In this document: positions 45,741 to 58,339 of the stretch, piece after piece
How the letters are laid out: the number at the start of each line of letters is the position of its first letter
Numbering within the stretch: the stretch's first letter is position 1
Source of the DNA: Dudresnaya verticillata
Taxonomy: Eukaryota
Direction of reading: 5' to 3'
DNA: 64,000 bases
NCBI GenBank assembly: GCA_977862235.1
Contig: OZ374558.1
Coordinates: 992,001-1,056,000, forward strand
Translations under genes and position numbers: made by a program
Notes under the pieces: generated by a model
The model's input: only the letters and a program-made list of their open reading frames with translations
What the model was told of the DNA's origin: nothing
The model's database searches: none

Positions 45741-48700
45741 GCATAGTGCATCCGATCCGCCTCGCAGCTAACCTTCATCGCGTAGTAATGGAATGCCAAG
45801 GATGTCTAGAAATCAGTTTGCGCTGAGCGCCGAGCATATTACCGACTTTGTTGCGTTGCAGTCCCGTTTCTGATAAATCGTTCTGTACTGACTAATCTTT
45901 CTCCCCAGGCCCATCATTTTGTTGCGAGTCGCAGGACAACGGCAACGACCGCTTTCTGCGCTGTGCACTGGGAGTATCCTTGATGGACCTAGAAGAGAAA
46001 GTTCGCAAGCTTCCAGACCGAAAAGTTTCTCTCGCAGCTCTTTTCTTGAGTTATAGAAGCAACTTGATTGTGCTATTTTATTTTTCGTGCCCTGTAGCGA
46101 CCAGCAGCTTCTGCATAGATGAGATCCTCCGTCTCCTTTATAGAGAGGAAATCCTCAACGCTCTTCACTAAGCACAGAAAGCGTTTCCGTCCGAGAGCCT
46201 CTGACCGAAACGAGAAGTCGTTATATCTCATCACTAGCATCGTTATATCTCCACACTAAAAGACTCTCTACAAAGAGAGCGTTTCAGTATACTAATAGCT
46301 CATAATCCTGTGGTTGCGGATCGGGAGTTCATTGCTTTGCAAACTTCGTTACCATAGAAAGGGGTGCTCCTCCACTGCGGAGAAAAACATGCTCGGCTAT
46401 CTTGTTATCAGTAGCGAGCATCGCGACGCCTCAACAAAGAAATATTATAAGCGGAATAGATCAGGGCTTCCGTTCGGCTTTGGTCCGCACGGCCCGAGTT
46501 GAAATTCACGGTACATTGGAAAGCCTGGGGTCCCAATAGGCAATTCACCCCCCGCATTAATGTAGCACGTTGGATACAGCTCGGTGTTGACATGTTACGC
46601 ATCGGTTTATTGTTTGTCGATGACACGGAGCGATGTTGCTATACATTTAGTTCTCGATCGTTAGACGGCAAGACAGAACAGACTGATTCACAAACATATG
46701 ACCATGTGCCCTGATTAGCTTATTCTGCCCTCATACGTCAGCATGTTCTGTACCTCACATGAAACTCTCTTTTGTTACATGCTTCGACGCCCGCTGTTCC
46801 ATTGCTTTGCTGGGTGTGCCGTTATCCTCTGCCCTCCTTGGTACTTGCTTCGCTCCATTGCTCTGCTTTTCTCCCGTTTTGCTAGATGTAACCCCACCGG
46901 CTTTTACGACCTGCGGCGTTGTTTTCTTGCTTGTCATTTTATAAAGTGTTTGGGGATTTTCTCTCTAACATAATCAAGAGCCATCACGCTTAGAAGCCGT
47001 GAATGCAACCGAAACAATATTTCTACCATCGCGTCAGGAAGCCTAAACGTCGAAACCGCTGTTTTGCTCTCCAATAATACCTATTATTATTTGAATGAAG
47101 TTTATCCGGTTTGTAGGATAACGAGAAGGGTACCACGACAAATAGGGAAGCCACCAATACCACAGAAGAAAAGGTTTTGGATGAGATAATCGAAACTTTA
47201 TCTTGGCTTTTAAAAGACGCAAAGTCATTGGGAAGCTCCCTTTTGTGAGAGACGCAAAGGAAAATATGGAGGTGTTGTTGGGCATAAATGGCAAGGCAAA
47301 CAGCCAACAAATTCAATTCTCTCGCGGCAAACTGACTGCGAAGTAGTTCTGCACTCGAATTCCGCATAGGGAGTGGAGTAGAGGTGGGCTGTTCTGTACC
47401 GCATGTAAGCTACGTGTAGTATTGAGGTGAATTCATGAAGAGATCGGATCCAAGGACCAAGGACTGAGATAGTGATATGTATTGAGGAGGTACCTGCTTT
47501 CGTACGCCGGTGAAGGACCATGTTCAGGTGGTTAGGGACAAGGAAAGCGATTTTTGGGATAGTTCCACCTTACCTCTGTAAAGCATCCTGGGCGGAGTTG
47601 GACATGAACTATCAACTTGATGGGACTTGTTTAATTGGCATTTAGTTGCACCTTGCGCCATTGAACTGAGCAACCTTGTCGGTGCTAAACATATCGCTGA
47701 TGAGTGCTAGAGCAATCGGGACAATCTTCGCGAGCTTCGAGGACGGATCTTTAGAAAGGTCGTGCTGACACGGCAAGGGCAGAGTTAACAGCGCTTGTCT
47801 CGTGAATATACGGTGGTACGAGTGTAAGTTGGTCACCAAAGATTTAGAGAAATGGTTGCGCTCAACTAAAGCGTCACGTCGTGCTGTATATGCTGAGGCA
47901 TGAACAGGCAGTCCGAGCAATGCATTGTTGATGCACACCAAACATCTTCGGTTTCAGCGCTATCTTTCCGATTATAGATGCAATGAGTTGCCTTTCTCAT
48001 TTGGGAGGCTTATTAGACGTCCCCCCGGAATGATTTTTGCGGTCTACATTGCGCAACTCTTTGCTAACTTAACGGTGAGAGTAACAATAAGGAATTGTTG
48101 TGGGCGTGTTGTGAGGGAATTTTGGACTGAAGTGCGAGACAGATACTTAAATCATCATTGGGTCTCTTTTCCGAATTGACTGTTGACTGGATGTTTGGGT
48201 TATCATCGTGGACATACAGCCCACAAGAGGCCCCTCTGATAGCAGTAAACCGGATCATTGATCACTATTGACGAGCGGTAAGAGGCATTTGGTGACGCCG
48301 GGGTGATGGGAAAGAGTTGATGAAATGACCCTCAATGCCAAGCAGTTTGGCGAGCCGCTTTGTCGCCTTTTTTTGTTCAGCCGCAACCGCTCAAGCTTAG
48401 ACGAGGCGCGACTCCAAAAATAGACAGAAAGCATATACCATAGATGTAGATGCTTTTTGGAGTTCAGCGTCCACTAGAGCCTTCGCCAGTGCCCTTCCAT
48501 GAGAGCCGGACACTGATCTCAAATAGCTTGCAACAAGGCTCATCCATATTATGAGGCGGCAGGGGTACCGATTATCTGGACATTTCTCTCTTGATATGGA
48601 AGTTTGTCCTGCGGCTGTTTTGTACTGAAAGTACATGCTGCAGGGGGCCTTGCACAGCTCTTGCATTTACGAAGGTGTGGAGCACTTCTGCAGCCTTACC

Positions 48701-51700
48701 TTTGGGTACGCATGTATGTCCGCGGACTTCATACCGGCCGTTCAACGGGCTTATTGATTTGATTCAACGCGACTCAGGGCTGCTGCTCCGGATGAAGAAG
48801 TTCTCGGACCAAGCCCGTCCCGTAGTGTACTCTACATCAGAAATGATTAGAACTTGTCAAAGGCTCAAGTCTTCTTTCGCATACCCCACCTTAACTCATG
48901 GGGTATAGTAAAGCCTCTACTGATCTTTGGTAAGAATTCCCGTTACTCTGAATTCTCTGCAATCACAAAGGCATCATGAGGAACCTTCTATCAAACTCTA
49001 CCAATCTACGTTCTGATCTCCTGGACTTGAAAGCAGGCAAAAATGCATCACACACTTTGCACAACACGTCAGCATCGCGAAAGATACGATAAATCCACAC
49101 CCACCAGCTCCCAGAGTTGCCGTCGGCCTGCACATGGGGGCACTGTTGTCCGAGCTCAAAGAGACTAAAGCAAGCAACAAAATGGAATATTACGTTCCAC
49201 ATGTAGTTTGTCTCCGAAGCAAACTGCAAAATGGTGTCTATGGATTGGCATCATGTACCGGGCAAAAAACATACTTCCAATGGCCGTCTATCAAGCGCTC
49301 TTCTCGGGATCGACAGAGCAGTGATGATAAAAGAAAAGTCTTCTCTGCTTGTTTTCATGTTGCGGAGACTGAGTAGTGTGAGAGAGAGAGAGTCAGGGCG
49401 CTTCGCAGACATTCACAAATTTTGTGTTGGCGAATGTGGTGTAGAAGAGTCGACCAGAATGGAGACCCTTTAAGTAGCGGACCTCGAGTGGCGTCGGTGC
49501 AATCCGCTGCTGTCTATTCACAATGGGCCTTTTCTGCTGCTCTCCCAACCCATGTTACAGTCAAGATATGCCACCAGATATCTCCTGTCTTTCCGAACAT
49601 CCTACTTCTGCTTCTGGATCCATCCAATACCCAGGGATTTCACCCGACTGGGGAACTCGAACACTCTCAGGAATACTGTAACAAGCTACCCAAGCCAACC
49701 GGTAAAATCCTCTCTCAAGACATGCCTTCCAGGATCGCATTCCTCCACCAGAAGAAGAGAACTTTGCTCAGGAAAGTGAGAGAAGCCCCCTGATTAGGGG
49801 GCTTTGTCTCTCTAGGCTCATGAACGAGGAGGTTGTCGAACAAGTTGTGAAGGTTGAAGCGCACTTTCCCCAATGAGCTGAAAAAGATCCTCTCTTTTGG
49901 AGCGACGAGACTCGCGACCTGAATGCCAAGATTGAGAAGAACACCCGCCTATTTCATCATAAGTGTCCATCAAAACAGGCTGCAAGATGTCAAGGTGGTT
50001 GGTGCTAGTACAGACACCAAGCCCGTTCCAAAGTCTTGATTCTGCTCCTTTGGGTCTTTCCTCTCGAAGTCAACTAGGAGAGACGGGAAACTTGATCAGC
50101 AAAGATCTATTCCTACTCGACTTGCACACACAAAAAGTGTTGACGACAAAACAAAATTCCTCACACGTCGTAAAGACAGCAAAAATGAAGTGAGTGTGGA
50201 GCTCAAGATGCATTTGCCAATCTGACCGGCCGGGAAGTGCACGACGTTCTTCAAGGATACGTTAGTTAAACACATTTCGTGCCAGTCGCCAGTAAGAAAG
50301 GGATTGTGGAAATCGGGTCGGCTTCACCTGGACAGCAAGGACTTTGCAATAAGAGCATTGCTGAATACCACATCATGTATCGCATCGAATCAACCGCAGA
50401 AAAATCGCAGGCTCGAAAGACTGCTACCTTAAACTTAAGCTTCGGAGGTTCATGGACAGGGCAGCTTTCCAAAGAGCTTGTGTGGCGCGAGAGTCTTTTT
50501 TGTTGCTGCTGGCAAAGGTCCACTACACCCATTTTTCATACTACACGGATCAGCGTTTCCCGGAATAACACATTCCGCAAGGCACTTACTCCACGTATGC
50601 CACTCGATGGCCAACACGGTGGAAGTGACAGTGGGAAGATGAGGTGGAGAACAGTCCACACTGCAGCACTGTGAGCCACCTGCGCTATTGGTTTGATGGC
50701 CGTGAGGATCGGTTGACAATTGTTGTTCCACGTCGAGATCCTCGGCCAGCGTTGGTGAAACGTCAACCGGCACCGCAGATGTCATCTCAAGGGTGTTTTC
50801 CCAGCACATTCAAGCAGTGCGCTTTCCCCAAAATGAATGTCTGCAACGATTTATGTCTTCTACTACTTGGCAGAGTTCTCGCTGGTGCTCCTTCGAGAAA
50901 TGAATGCGGCGTTGGTGAACACTCAACCCATTCGGGACAAGCAATTCAGGGAGTATGTGATTTTAACTATCAGGTTGAAGAGTCTCACAACCACTCGCTG
51001 AGAAGCACACGAAGCAGCAGCCATAGTTTATTGACACGAGCACAAGCGTCGGTCAGCGTGCAAGACCAGACGCACATTGAGAAGGCTCAGCGAGTGAGGC
51101 GGGGCACCTGTTGTTGTCTCGTCCGGAAAGAATTCAAAATGTTTCGAGACATTACACGGAACCGGCTCCGCACTTTGGTGGCGAACATGAGCCCACACAC
51201 GCTTCTTCGACGGAACATTAACAGTGTTATATACTCATTGAAAAAGCAAAGCATCTCGATGTACAAGAGTCTTGGGAAGAAGGCATATGGCAACAGCGGT
51301 CAACTTAATTCCACGTCAACATACATCTCAAGTCAATACGGGAGAAACAACCACTCCTCTTCTGACTGTGCACAGGCAAGACTCACTCCCTTCCCCTGGC
51401 TCTTCCAAAGTGTCAACAAGTGCGGAAGGCCTGCGTGTGGAGTAGAAATCCTTGCGTCCTGCGTGGCTTTCTTCTCCGCTACATGCCTAACGAAGGATAA
51501 CGGATTCCAAAGCAACCTGCTCTTTGCTGTATGTGGTGAGGTAACAAGCGATGTTTTCTGTGGTTGCAGACATAATGGATTGCTTGTCGCGCATACAATT
51601 TTTGTTTGGCGATACAAACAAGAAAGTTCAGTTGGACAGGGACGGCATCTGTGCGAAAGCAACAACTCAAGTTAAGTTGGAGTGACAAGAGGGGGGGGGA

Positions 51701-52637
51701 GAGAAACATGTTGCCACCATGTGTTCATAAGACTGTATGGTTCGCGTTAGCAACGGGAGATTGGTTCCATTCCGGCGGAGCCCGATTCCTTTCACCGTAC
51801 GTACCATCGATATTGTGATTCTCGCGAACAAGTCCACAGGATTGCTTTGAACACCGTCTTGACTGAAGATGTTTATCTCAAGCGGTGGAAGACCTGTGAC
51901 AGACCTGTCACCAGGGTGGTGCTTAACGAAGCTTTTGTTTTTGTTGTTGACGGTTCTTCTGAGAATGGCCCTGCCGAGCCGGAGAAGGAGAAAAAAAGTT
52001 TTCAGAGTGTTGTGCGAGAAGGCGCGGAAGGCGGGGTGTGCAATGGCTTTCGAAGAGGAGCGGCAGCACTATTGCTCGCACCCGAGAGAGTTCCAACCGA
52101 GGGCGACCATGCTTGCGGCTCTGACAGGCGCAGGACAACGCACTCAAGGTGTTCTTTTTGTACGCTGAGAGCATTGGGGCGTGCGCAACTGAGCACCACG
52201 TCGAGCTTGAGAGGACATGGCGGGTGTGAATAGTTTTTGCAAGCAAGCGGATTGGGGCTTGGGGCGCTGGGTGTTGCTTGGAATGCAGCGGCATGAAAGA
52301 GTCTGTTATTGATTGTTCTGTGCGGCGTTGTGTGACCAACTGGATAGAAATAGTTTGTGCGTTTGCGGAGAGTTTATTGAGTGTGTAGTGACATTCGGAA
52401 GCGTTATGTGTACGAAGAGATTTTGGATTATATGAGACAAGCGGAGAAGCGGAGGCTTTGGCGGCGAGTTGCGTATAGGAGGGGGTTGTGTGCGAAGAAA
52501 AGATTTTGTGTACATGTTGTGTAGTACCTCCTCTGTTGCTCTTGTGGCGGAACAGAAGAGCGCGACGGTAACAAGGTGACAGCAGTTGGTGTGTGTGTGT
52601 GTGTACAGTGTGTGTGTGAACAAACTCGAGAGCAGAA

Positions 52638-52660
52638 AGAGAGAGAGAGAGAGAGAGAGA
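52638..52660. repeat. (GA)n microsatellite
   Basis: Seen directly. Confidence 0.95.
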
Positions 52661-53049
52661 AAAAGGACAGCGTGTTGCTCGATACGGACCATCTATTTTG
52701 AAGAGCGACGGCGTTTATTGCGAGGCTAAGGCGAAGCTGTTGAGTGTCGGCTGGGCGTTAATCGGAATAATGTTAGGGCAAGTAGGCGATATCGACGGGG
52801 AGGTTGGGAGATCGGCTTGAGACTGTTGTTTGACAGAAGAGCGAAGCGAAGACGGAGGTTTATTCAAGCGGGCACGATGGAATGGTACATACGGTTATGA
52901 GCGGAAAGGCGGCACTCGAGGCACTTGCGGCTCTCCGATATCGTCATGGAGAGGGTCTATTTTGGGAAGGGCTAAGGCAAGGCAGATAGTCCAGCGCTAC
53001 AAAGTGTCGAGTCTAAAAGTGTATCACGAAAGTCTATGACGCAAAGCGG

Positions 53050-53072
53050 GTGTGTGTGTGTGTGTGTGTGTG
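53050..53072. repeat. (GT)n microsatellite
   Basis: Seen directly. Confidence 0.95.
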
Positions 53073-53527
53073 AGAGAGCTTGGTCGTGGAAGGAACATCA
53101 ACATGCCGTGTGTGGTTTATAAAGACCAAGTTGATACGTCAAAAACGGGAAAGGGTACGAGTGCAGAGCGCATGTAATGTATGTGGGCGCAAGGTGGAGA
53201 CCGACCAAACGGTTTTAGCGCGACACACTACACGACTCGCGTTGCACACACACAACTTATTCGGCGCGAGTAGGCGAAGCGTCTATACATTCAATAAGAT
53301 TATTCGTATAGCGCGGGGAGGGAAAGCGTGCGTGGACGAGTGAGTCGCGCGCCAAGCCAAGGCGCGCATTCATCTCGCAGAGATATTCTATCTGGGGCAG
53401 CGTTTCGCGCGGAGACGAGGCGGTGTATGCGGTGTGTGACTTGCTCGGAAGTTACGCGCGGCGGGGGCGGGTTAGGGTAACGAACTGCGCGTTGGACAAA
53501 CTCGAGAGTTGGAGGGGGAGAGAGTTG

Positions 53528-53551
53528 GAGAGAGAGAGAGAGAGAGAGAGA
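53528..53551. repeat. (GA)n microsatellite
   Basis: Seen directly. Confidence 0.95.
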
Positions 53552-54400
53552 CTATAGCGACTGGTTTTTCTGTTTGTTTCGCGTGGAAGCGGTTGGTTGC
53601 TGTTGACGGCGTTGCATGTTCTGCACGCAGCTCTCGCAAGCGGACGGCCGTGGCGCGGCGGCTATGGCGTAGCAACGGCGGCGTGGTGGCTCTCTGCTGA
53701 CACCGGCGGCGGCGGCGGCGGCGGCAACAGGAGCAGAGGCGGGCGCGGGGAGAAAGCGGCGCCACGCCGGCGGGCAGCGGCAGCAGGACGGAGGTGTGCC
53801 GCAGAGTGGCGGGCGGTGGCGGCGGCGAGCGGCGGGCGGCGCGGCGCGCTGGAAGGAGCGGCTCGGCGCAGAGAGAGAGAGAAATCTCTCGCGCGCATTA
53901 ATTAAAGCGACCGCGACGCGACGCAGCTCTACGCGCGACCGATGCAGCGAGCGGTGCGCGCCGCTGTCGCACGGCCGCCCTTTCTGTACCTTTACCGCTG
54001 TGCTGACGCGCGCGCGAGGAGGCGGAGGAGGAGCGGCAATACAGACGCTACACTCCGCGGTGTGTTTGCGTCGGGCGCGGCGCGGCGCACACCAAAGCGT
54101 CGGCGCGCGCCGCGCTTGCAGGCGGGGAGTAAGCCATTGCGGCGCTTTTGTCCTCCGTAGCGACGCGGAGATAGAGCAGAGACTTTGGTCGCGTTTCTCA
54201 TGTGTTGTGGCGGCGATATGATGACACATGACATGCGAATTGTGTTGTTTTGGTGTGCGCGAGTTTGGAGCTAGAAGGGAGAGCACAATATGTTTACATG
54301 TAGTGGCGGAGGAGGAGGAGGAGGGGGAGGAGGGGGGCGGCGGCGACGGCGACGACGACGACGACGACGGCAGGCTGCGGCGCCAAGCGTCAATGCGGCG

Positions 54401-54766
54401 CTAGATGCACTCGTCCAGAAACAGGCGCATGCCGTTCCGCGCGCGCTTCTTGCTGAGCAGCCTCGGCCTGCGCCTGCGCTTGGGCGTCTGGATGGCCACG
54501 CACGCGGCGCGCAGCGCGGCGCGCCCGCCAAACGTCGCCACGCAGCTCTGCACGGCGCCGCGGTACAGGTCGCGCGGCAGCCGCGCGCTCCGCGGCGACA
54601 GCGCCGCGCGCCGCGTCGTGCGGATGAAGTGGCAGTTGCACGCGTAGAACGCGTCCACGCGCGCGCGCACGCACTTGAACGGCAGCGCCGGCGGCTCGGA
54701 CGGCGACGGCGACGGCGATGCCGGCGCGGCGGAGGGCGCGGCGGATGACGGAGACGGAGACGGTGA

Positions 54767-54803
<37 letters not shown>

Positions 54804-54898
54804 GCCGCGTGCGCCGCGGGTAGCAGCAGCAGCAGCAGTAGCAGCACGGGGAAGAGGAGGCGGGCGGTGAGCGCGGGAAGCGACGGCGACGGCGGCAT
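54401..54898 (-). CDS. Predicted secreted six-Cys basic protein with (SP)n stalk, paralog B (165 aa)
   Basis: ATG 54898 MPPSPSLPALTARLLFPVLLLLLLLLPAAHA, SP repeats, then the domain shared with 39680-40156. Confidence 0.88.
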
Positions 54899-56253
54899 GG
54901 CGGGGTGCGGCGCGGAGGGTGCGGAAGTGGGCGGTGCGGAGCGGTGCGGAGCGGAGCGGAGCGGTGCGGCGCGGCGCGGTGCGGCGCGGGATGGCGGCGG
55001 GCGCGGGCGCGGGCGCGCGGCGCTGATAAAGGCGGCGCGGGGACGCGACGCGACGCGACGGACGCGACGCGCGCGGCGCGTCGCCCCAAGGCCGCGCCTA
55101 TTTTTAGACGGCGCGTGAGGCACGGCACGGCACGGCACGCACCGTACCGCTCCCGTCTCAGTCTCTCTCCGCGGAGCTCGGCGCGCGCATGACACCTCCG
55201 CCGCGGCAGCGCGGCTGCGCTGCTCGCGTCGCGCGAGCGTGAATCAAGGCCGACGCGGTCGGGCAAGCGCGCTACGTGGTGGGCGCGTCGGCGCGCTTGC
55301 GGCGCTCGCGCTCCATGACCGGCGCGGCCGCCGCTCACTTGTCCACTTCCGCCGACCCCATTCCTACGTTCGCGCCTCGCCGCACCGCGGCCGCCCGCAA
55401 GTCAGAACGGCAGAGTTGCGTCAGGGAAAGCGCGCGCGCTCTGCTCCGCGCTCAAACGCGCTCTGCACGGCCCATACCATTTTGCTTTGCTCCGACACCG
55501 CCCCGGCGCTGCCGACAACGCCCGGTGGAACGCCGACCGCGTTTGTTCAGCGCTGCCTGCCGCGCCGGTCCGTCGCCATCGCGGCGCGCGCGCACCTCGC
55601 GAGACCGACGCGCATGTGCGCACGCGCGCCCATGTCATGCACTTGACTGCCTCGGCGCGCATCGCGCAGGCCGGCGGTAGCGTCTGTTGACGGTGCACGC
55701 CCGCGGCGCACGTCAACAGCCGTCGCATCTGCCCTGCTTCGACAGCCACACGCTGCGCCACCGCCACCGCCACCGCCACCGCCACTGTAACCTTCTCCGC
55801 CGCGGTCGCACTGCCTGCACCCAACCGCGCAAGTCTTGTTTCTGCGAGAGCAAGCCGCTCCCGCCCCCGCGCCTCTCGCGTGCGCCGCGCCTTCCTAGGG
55901 TTATGCGTCCCCGGTCCGTTCCGTTCCAGCCTGTCTACCGCCTGCCTGCGCGCGATAGCATTACCGCGGCGCAACCACCTCCAACCAGCTCGCGCGTTCC
56001 ACGCGCGCGCGTCAGGTTACCCGGTGCCAGAGCGCGCCAAACCTGCAAGCTGCAGACGGAGAGTGAGCGCAATCCGCCGCCGCCGTGTATGCAAAGCGTC
56101 GCTGCTTGCGCCGGAATACACCGCGCAGCCCGAACGCTGCCCCGCAGCTCGCTTCTCGACCCCGCGCCGTTGTGCTATTATCGCGTATACATTCTATGTA
56201 TAAAGTCGCTTCTTTTCTACATAGCAGCCTTCTCGCTTGCTTCCGCAATAAAC

Positions 56254-56257
<4 letters not shown>

Positions 56258-56298
<41 letters not shown>
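56258..56298. repeat. (CT)n microsatellite
   Basis: Seen directly. Confidence 0.95.
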
Positions 56299-56302
<4 letters not shown>

Positions 56303-58267
56303 CTATACACGACCACATCTCTCGTCTGGCCCCCGCAGGAACGATCTCCGTAAAGTCGATAACCTCTCAGGTCGATACAATAATAGCATAAATAGAATAA
56401 ACAGCCGAGGAGCTGTGTTGCACGTCCTGGTGCTCGGTGAGTGAACAAACAACAATCCCTCAATGCGTGCAGACCAATACCACCCGCCGCACACGCCTTC
56501 AGCAGCTTAGAGACCCCGTCCTGCTGCGTTGCGTGTATCCTACCAGTTCATCCGATCCCGCACGCACCACATACCATGCACTTTTGTACAAAAACTTGCT
56601 TCGCCTTCGTTGCGAGCGACCCAGGTTGCGCAGAGAGAGCAACAGCGCGCGCGCGCAACTTTATTCAGAACGCAGACGGACAAGACAGCCGCTAGGTCGC
56701 CACGGGGTGCAGGGCGCCAACAAAGTGGCCAAGACGACGGAACGACAAAGTGCGAAATATAGACAGCCAGGTGAGTCGGATAGCAACGCCCACTGCCAAA
56801 GCAACCCATCTCTTCACTGTCCGTAACATCATGACAATGCGCTCGTTTGGACCGCTCGCTCGCCTGCCACCCTTCCCACCAGCGCCAGCAGTGCAGGAAG
56901 CGGCTTGTCGATAGTACCTCGTGAAATGGCGCTACAGCTGCGACTTCAAAGCCCCGAGCCCCCGGGGATTACAGGAAGGTGAGAGCGGATGATAATGATG
57001 ACGGTATCCATTCTCGACGACGCTGTGGCGGTGGAAGGTGGCCGTTCCATGGCAAAGCAGTGTTCGACATAAATAGGGCTGAGACCCAACTTTCAAAAGT
57101 TGCAACGCGGGCTGATCACAGAGTGAATTACCATGTCGCTGAATAAAGTGCATCTCTCTCTCTCTCTCTCAGGGTGAATTATGGATACGCAGAGAGGTGC
57201 ATTGTCACCAGTAAAACATCCTCTGCTGTCAATGACCACTTGGGCAAGGAGGATACAATGGCTCGGGTACAAGGTATTGCCTACCCTCATCTCCGCAATG
57301 AGCTCTCAATAAATTCCGTAGTATTGGACTCTGGACGGACGAAATGGTCGGCCTCAGTGTGAGGATTCGCGGCTGGCAGGTGAGGATCGTTGTCTGTACA
57401 AAGAAAATCCTTACCGAGTAACACTCAAGGTGTAGCCCCCGAAGAAGCTAAAGGGAAGTACTAGCAGTTGGAAACCTTGACAGTTGGCGCCGATTAACGA
57501 CTACTGCGATAAAGTGAACAAGTAAGGCTGTACGGTCGGCAGAGCAGAGGTAATTTCTCCGCGGCAGGGAAAGTACGCTTCTTAAGAGCGAGGAAGCTCG
57601 GAAATATTTGGACTTGAGCCTGGACTCCTGCGCTAGTGCGACCGAAAATGTTCGTGACCATAGGGTGATCAACTTTACTCAGGATACGACCGGTACAAGT
57701 AGGTAGAGAGTGAGGGCTAACGACAGAAATAGAAAAACCCTTGAGGGCATGGGACCTAAGCAGGGTCATCAATTCAGAGATGCATACGAAGATTATCCCG
57801 GCGATCAGGAGGAGCAGAAGAAAGGGAATCGCTCGCTAACGCCTCGCGAACGAAGTCGAATTCGCACCCCCACTGGAAAAAAGGTAACGCCTCCTCGCTG
57901 CTAGATCATGCATGCGCACGCGAAGTTGGTCCTGATCGGCCAGGTTTTGTCAATCCTCCTCGGGAGATTGAGCGACCACCACAAGCTTGCGGTCTACAAG
58001 TCGTCGCATTACACCGTAACCAACCGTTGTTCTTCGTACCCTATCGTCTTCTCCGTCCCCCTCTGCCGAACCGCAGAAGAGGGTCTTGATCAAGAGCCTG
58101 TCGCGCCCGCCAGCGGGTTCTTCCACCCTTGCGGCGAATGGAACATGTTGCCCCCGTCCGTTACTGCGCTGATGCCTAGGAATGTTTTTGGCGGTGTTGC
58201 CTTTGTTGTACAAGGCGCGACTGTTTAAGCACTAAAACAAAAGCGGAGGGGAAGCAATGCCCGTGGC

Positions 58268-58339
58268 TGACCCGGATGGGATTTGAACCCACAACCTTTT
58301 GATCTGGAGTCAACTGCGCTGCCGTTGCGCCACCAGGCC
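58268..58339 (-). tRNA. trnW: tRNA-Trp (CCA), intronless
   Basis: 72-nt cloverleaf GGCCTGG-TG-GCGC-AACGGCA-GCGC-A-GTTGA-CTCCAGA-TCAAA-AGGTT-GTGGG-TTCAAAT-CCCAT-CCGGGTC-A; T-tracts about 25 nt downstream. Confidence 0.93.

Noticed and set aside
45723..45908. Possible intron GTGCGT...TACTGACTAAT...CCCCAG at the end of the 299-aa gene
   Set aside because: Acceptor looks plausible but the donor is ambiguous and could lie in the 3'UTR; cannot be resolved without transcripts.
50644..51675. 343-aa plus-strand ORF
   Set aside because: Non-ATG start, no motif, random-looking composition.
53552..56391. Many long Arg/Ala/Pro-rich ORFs
   Set aside because: Expected by chance in very high GC, microsatellite-rich sequence; only 54401-54898 has independent support.
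1516..58339. Stop-codon readthrough or alternative genetic code, with the nearby tRNA-Trp as suppressor
   Set aside because: All three stop types occur internally, true ends use the same codons, and the tRNA has a normal CCA anticodon.
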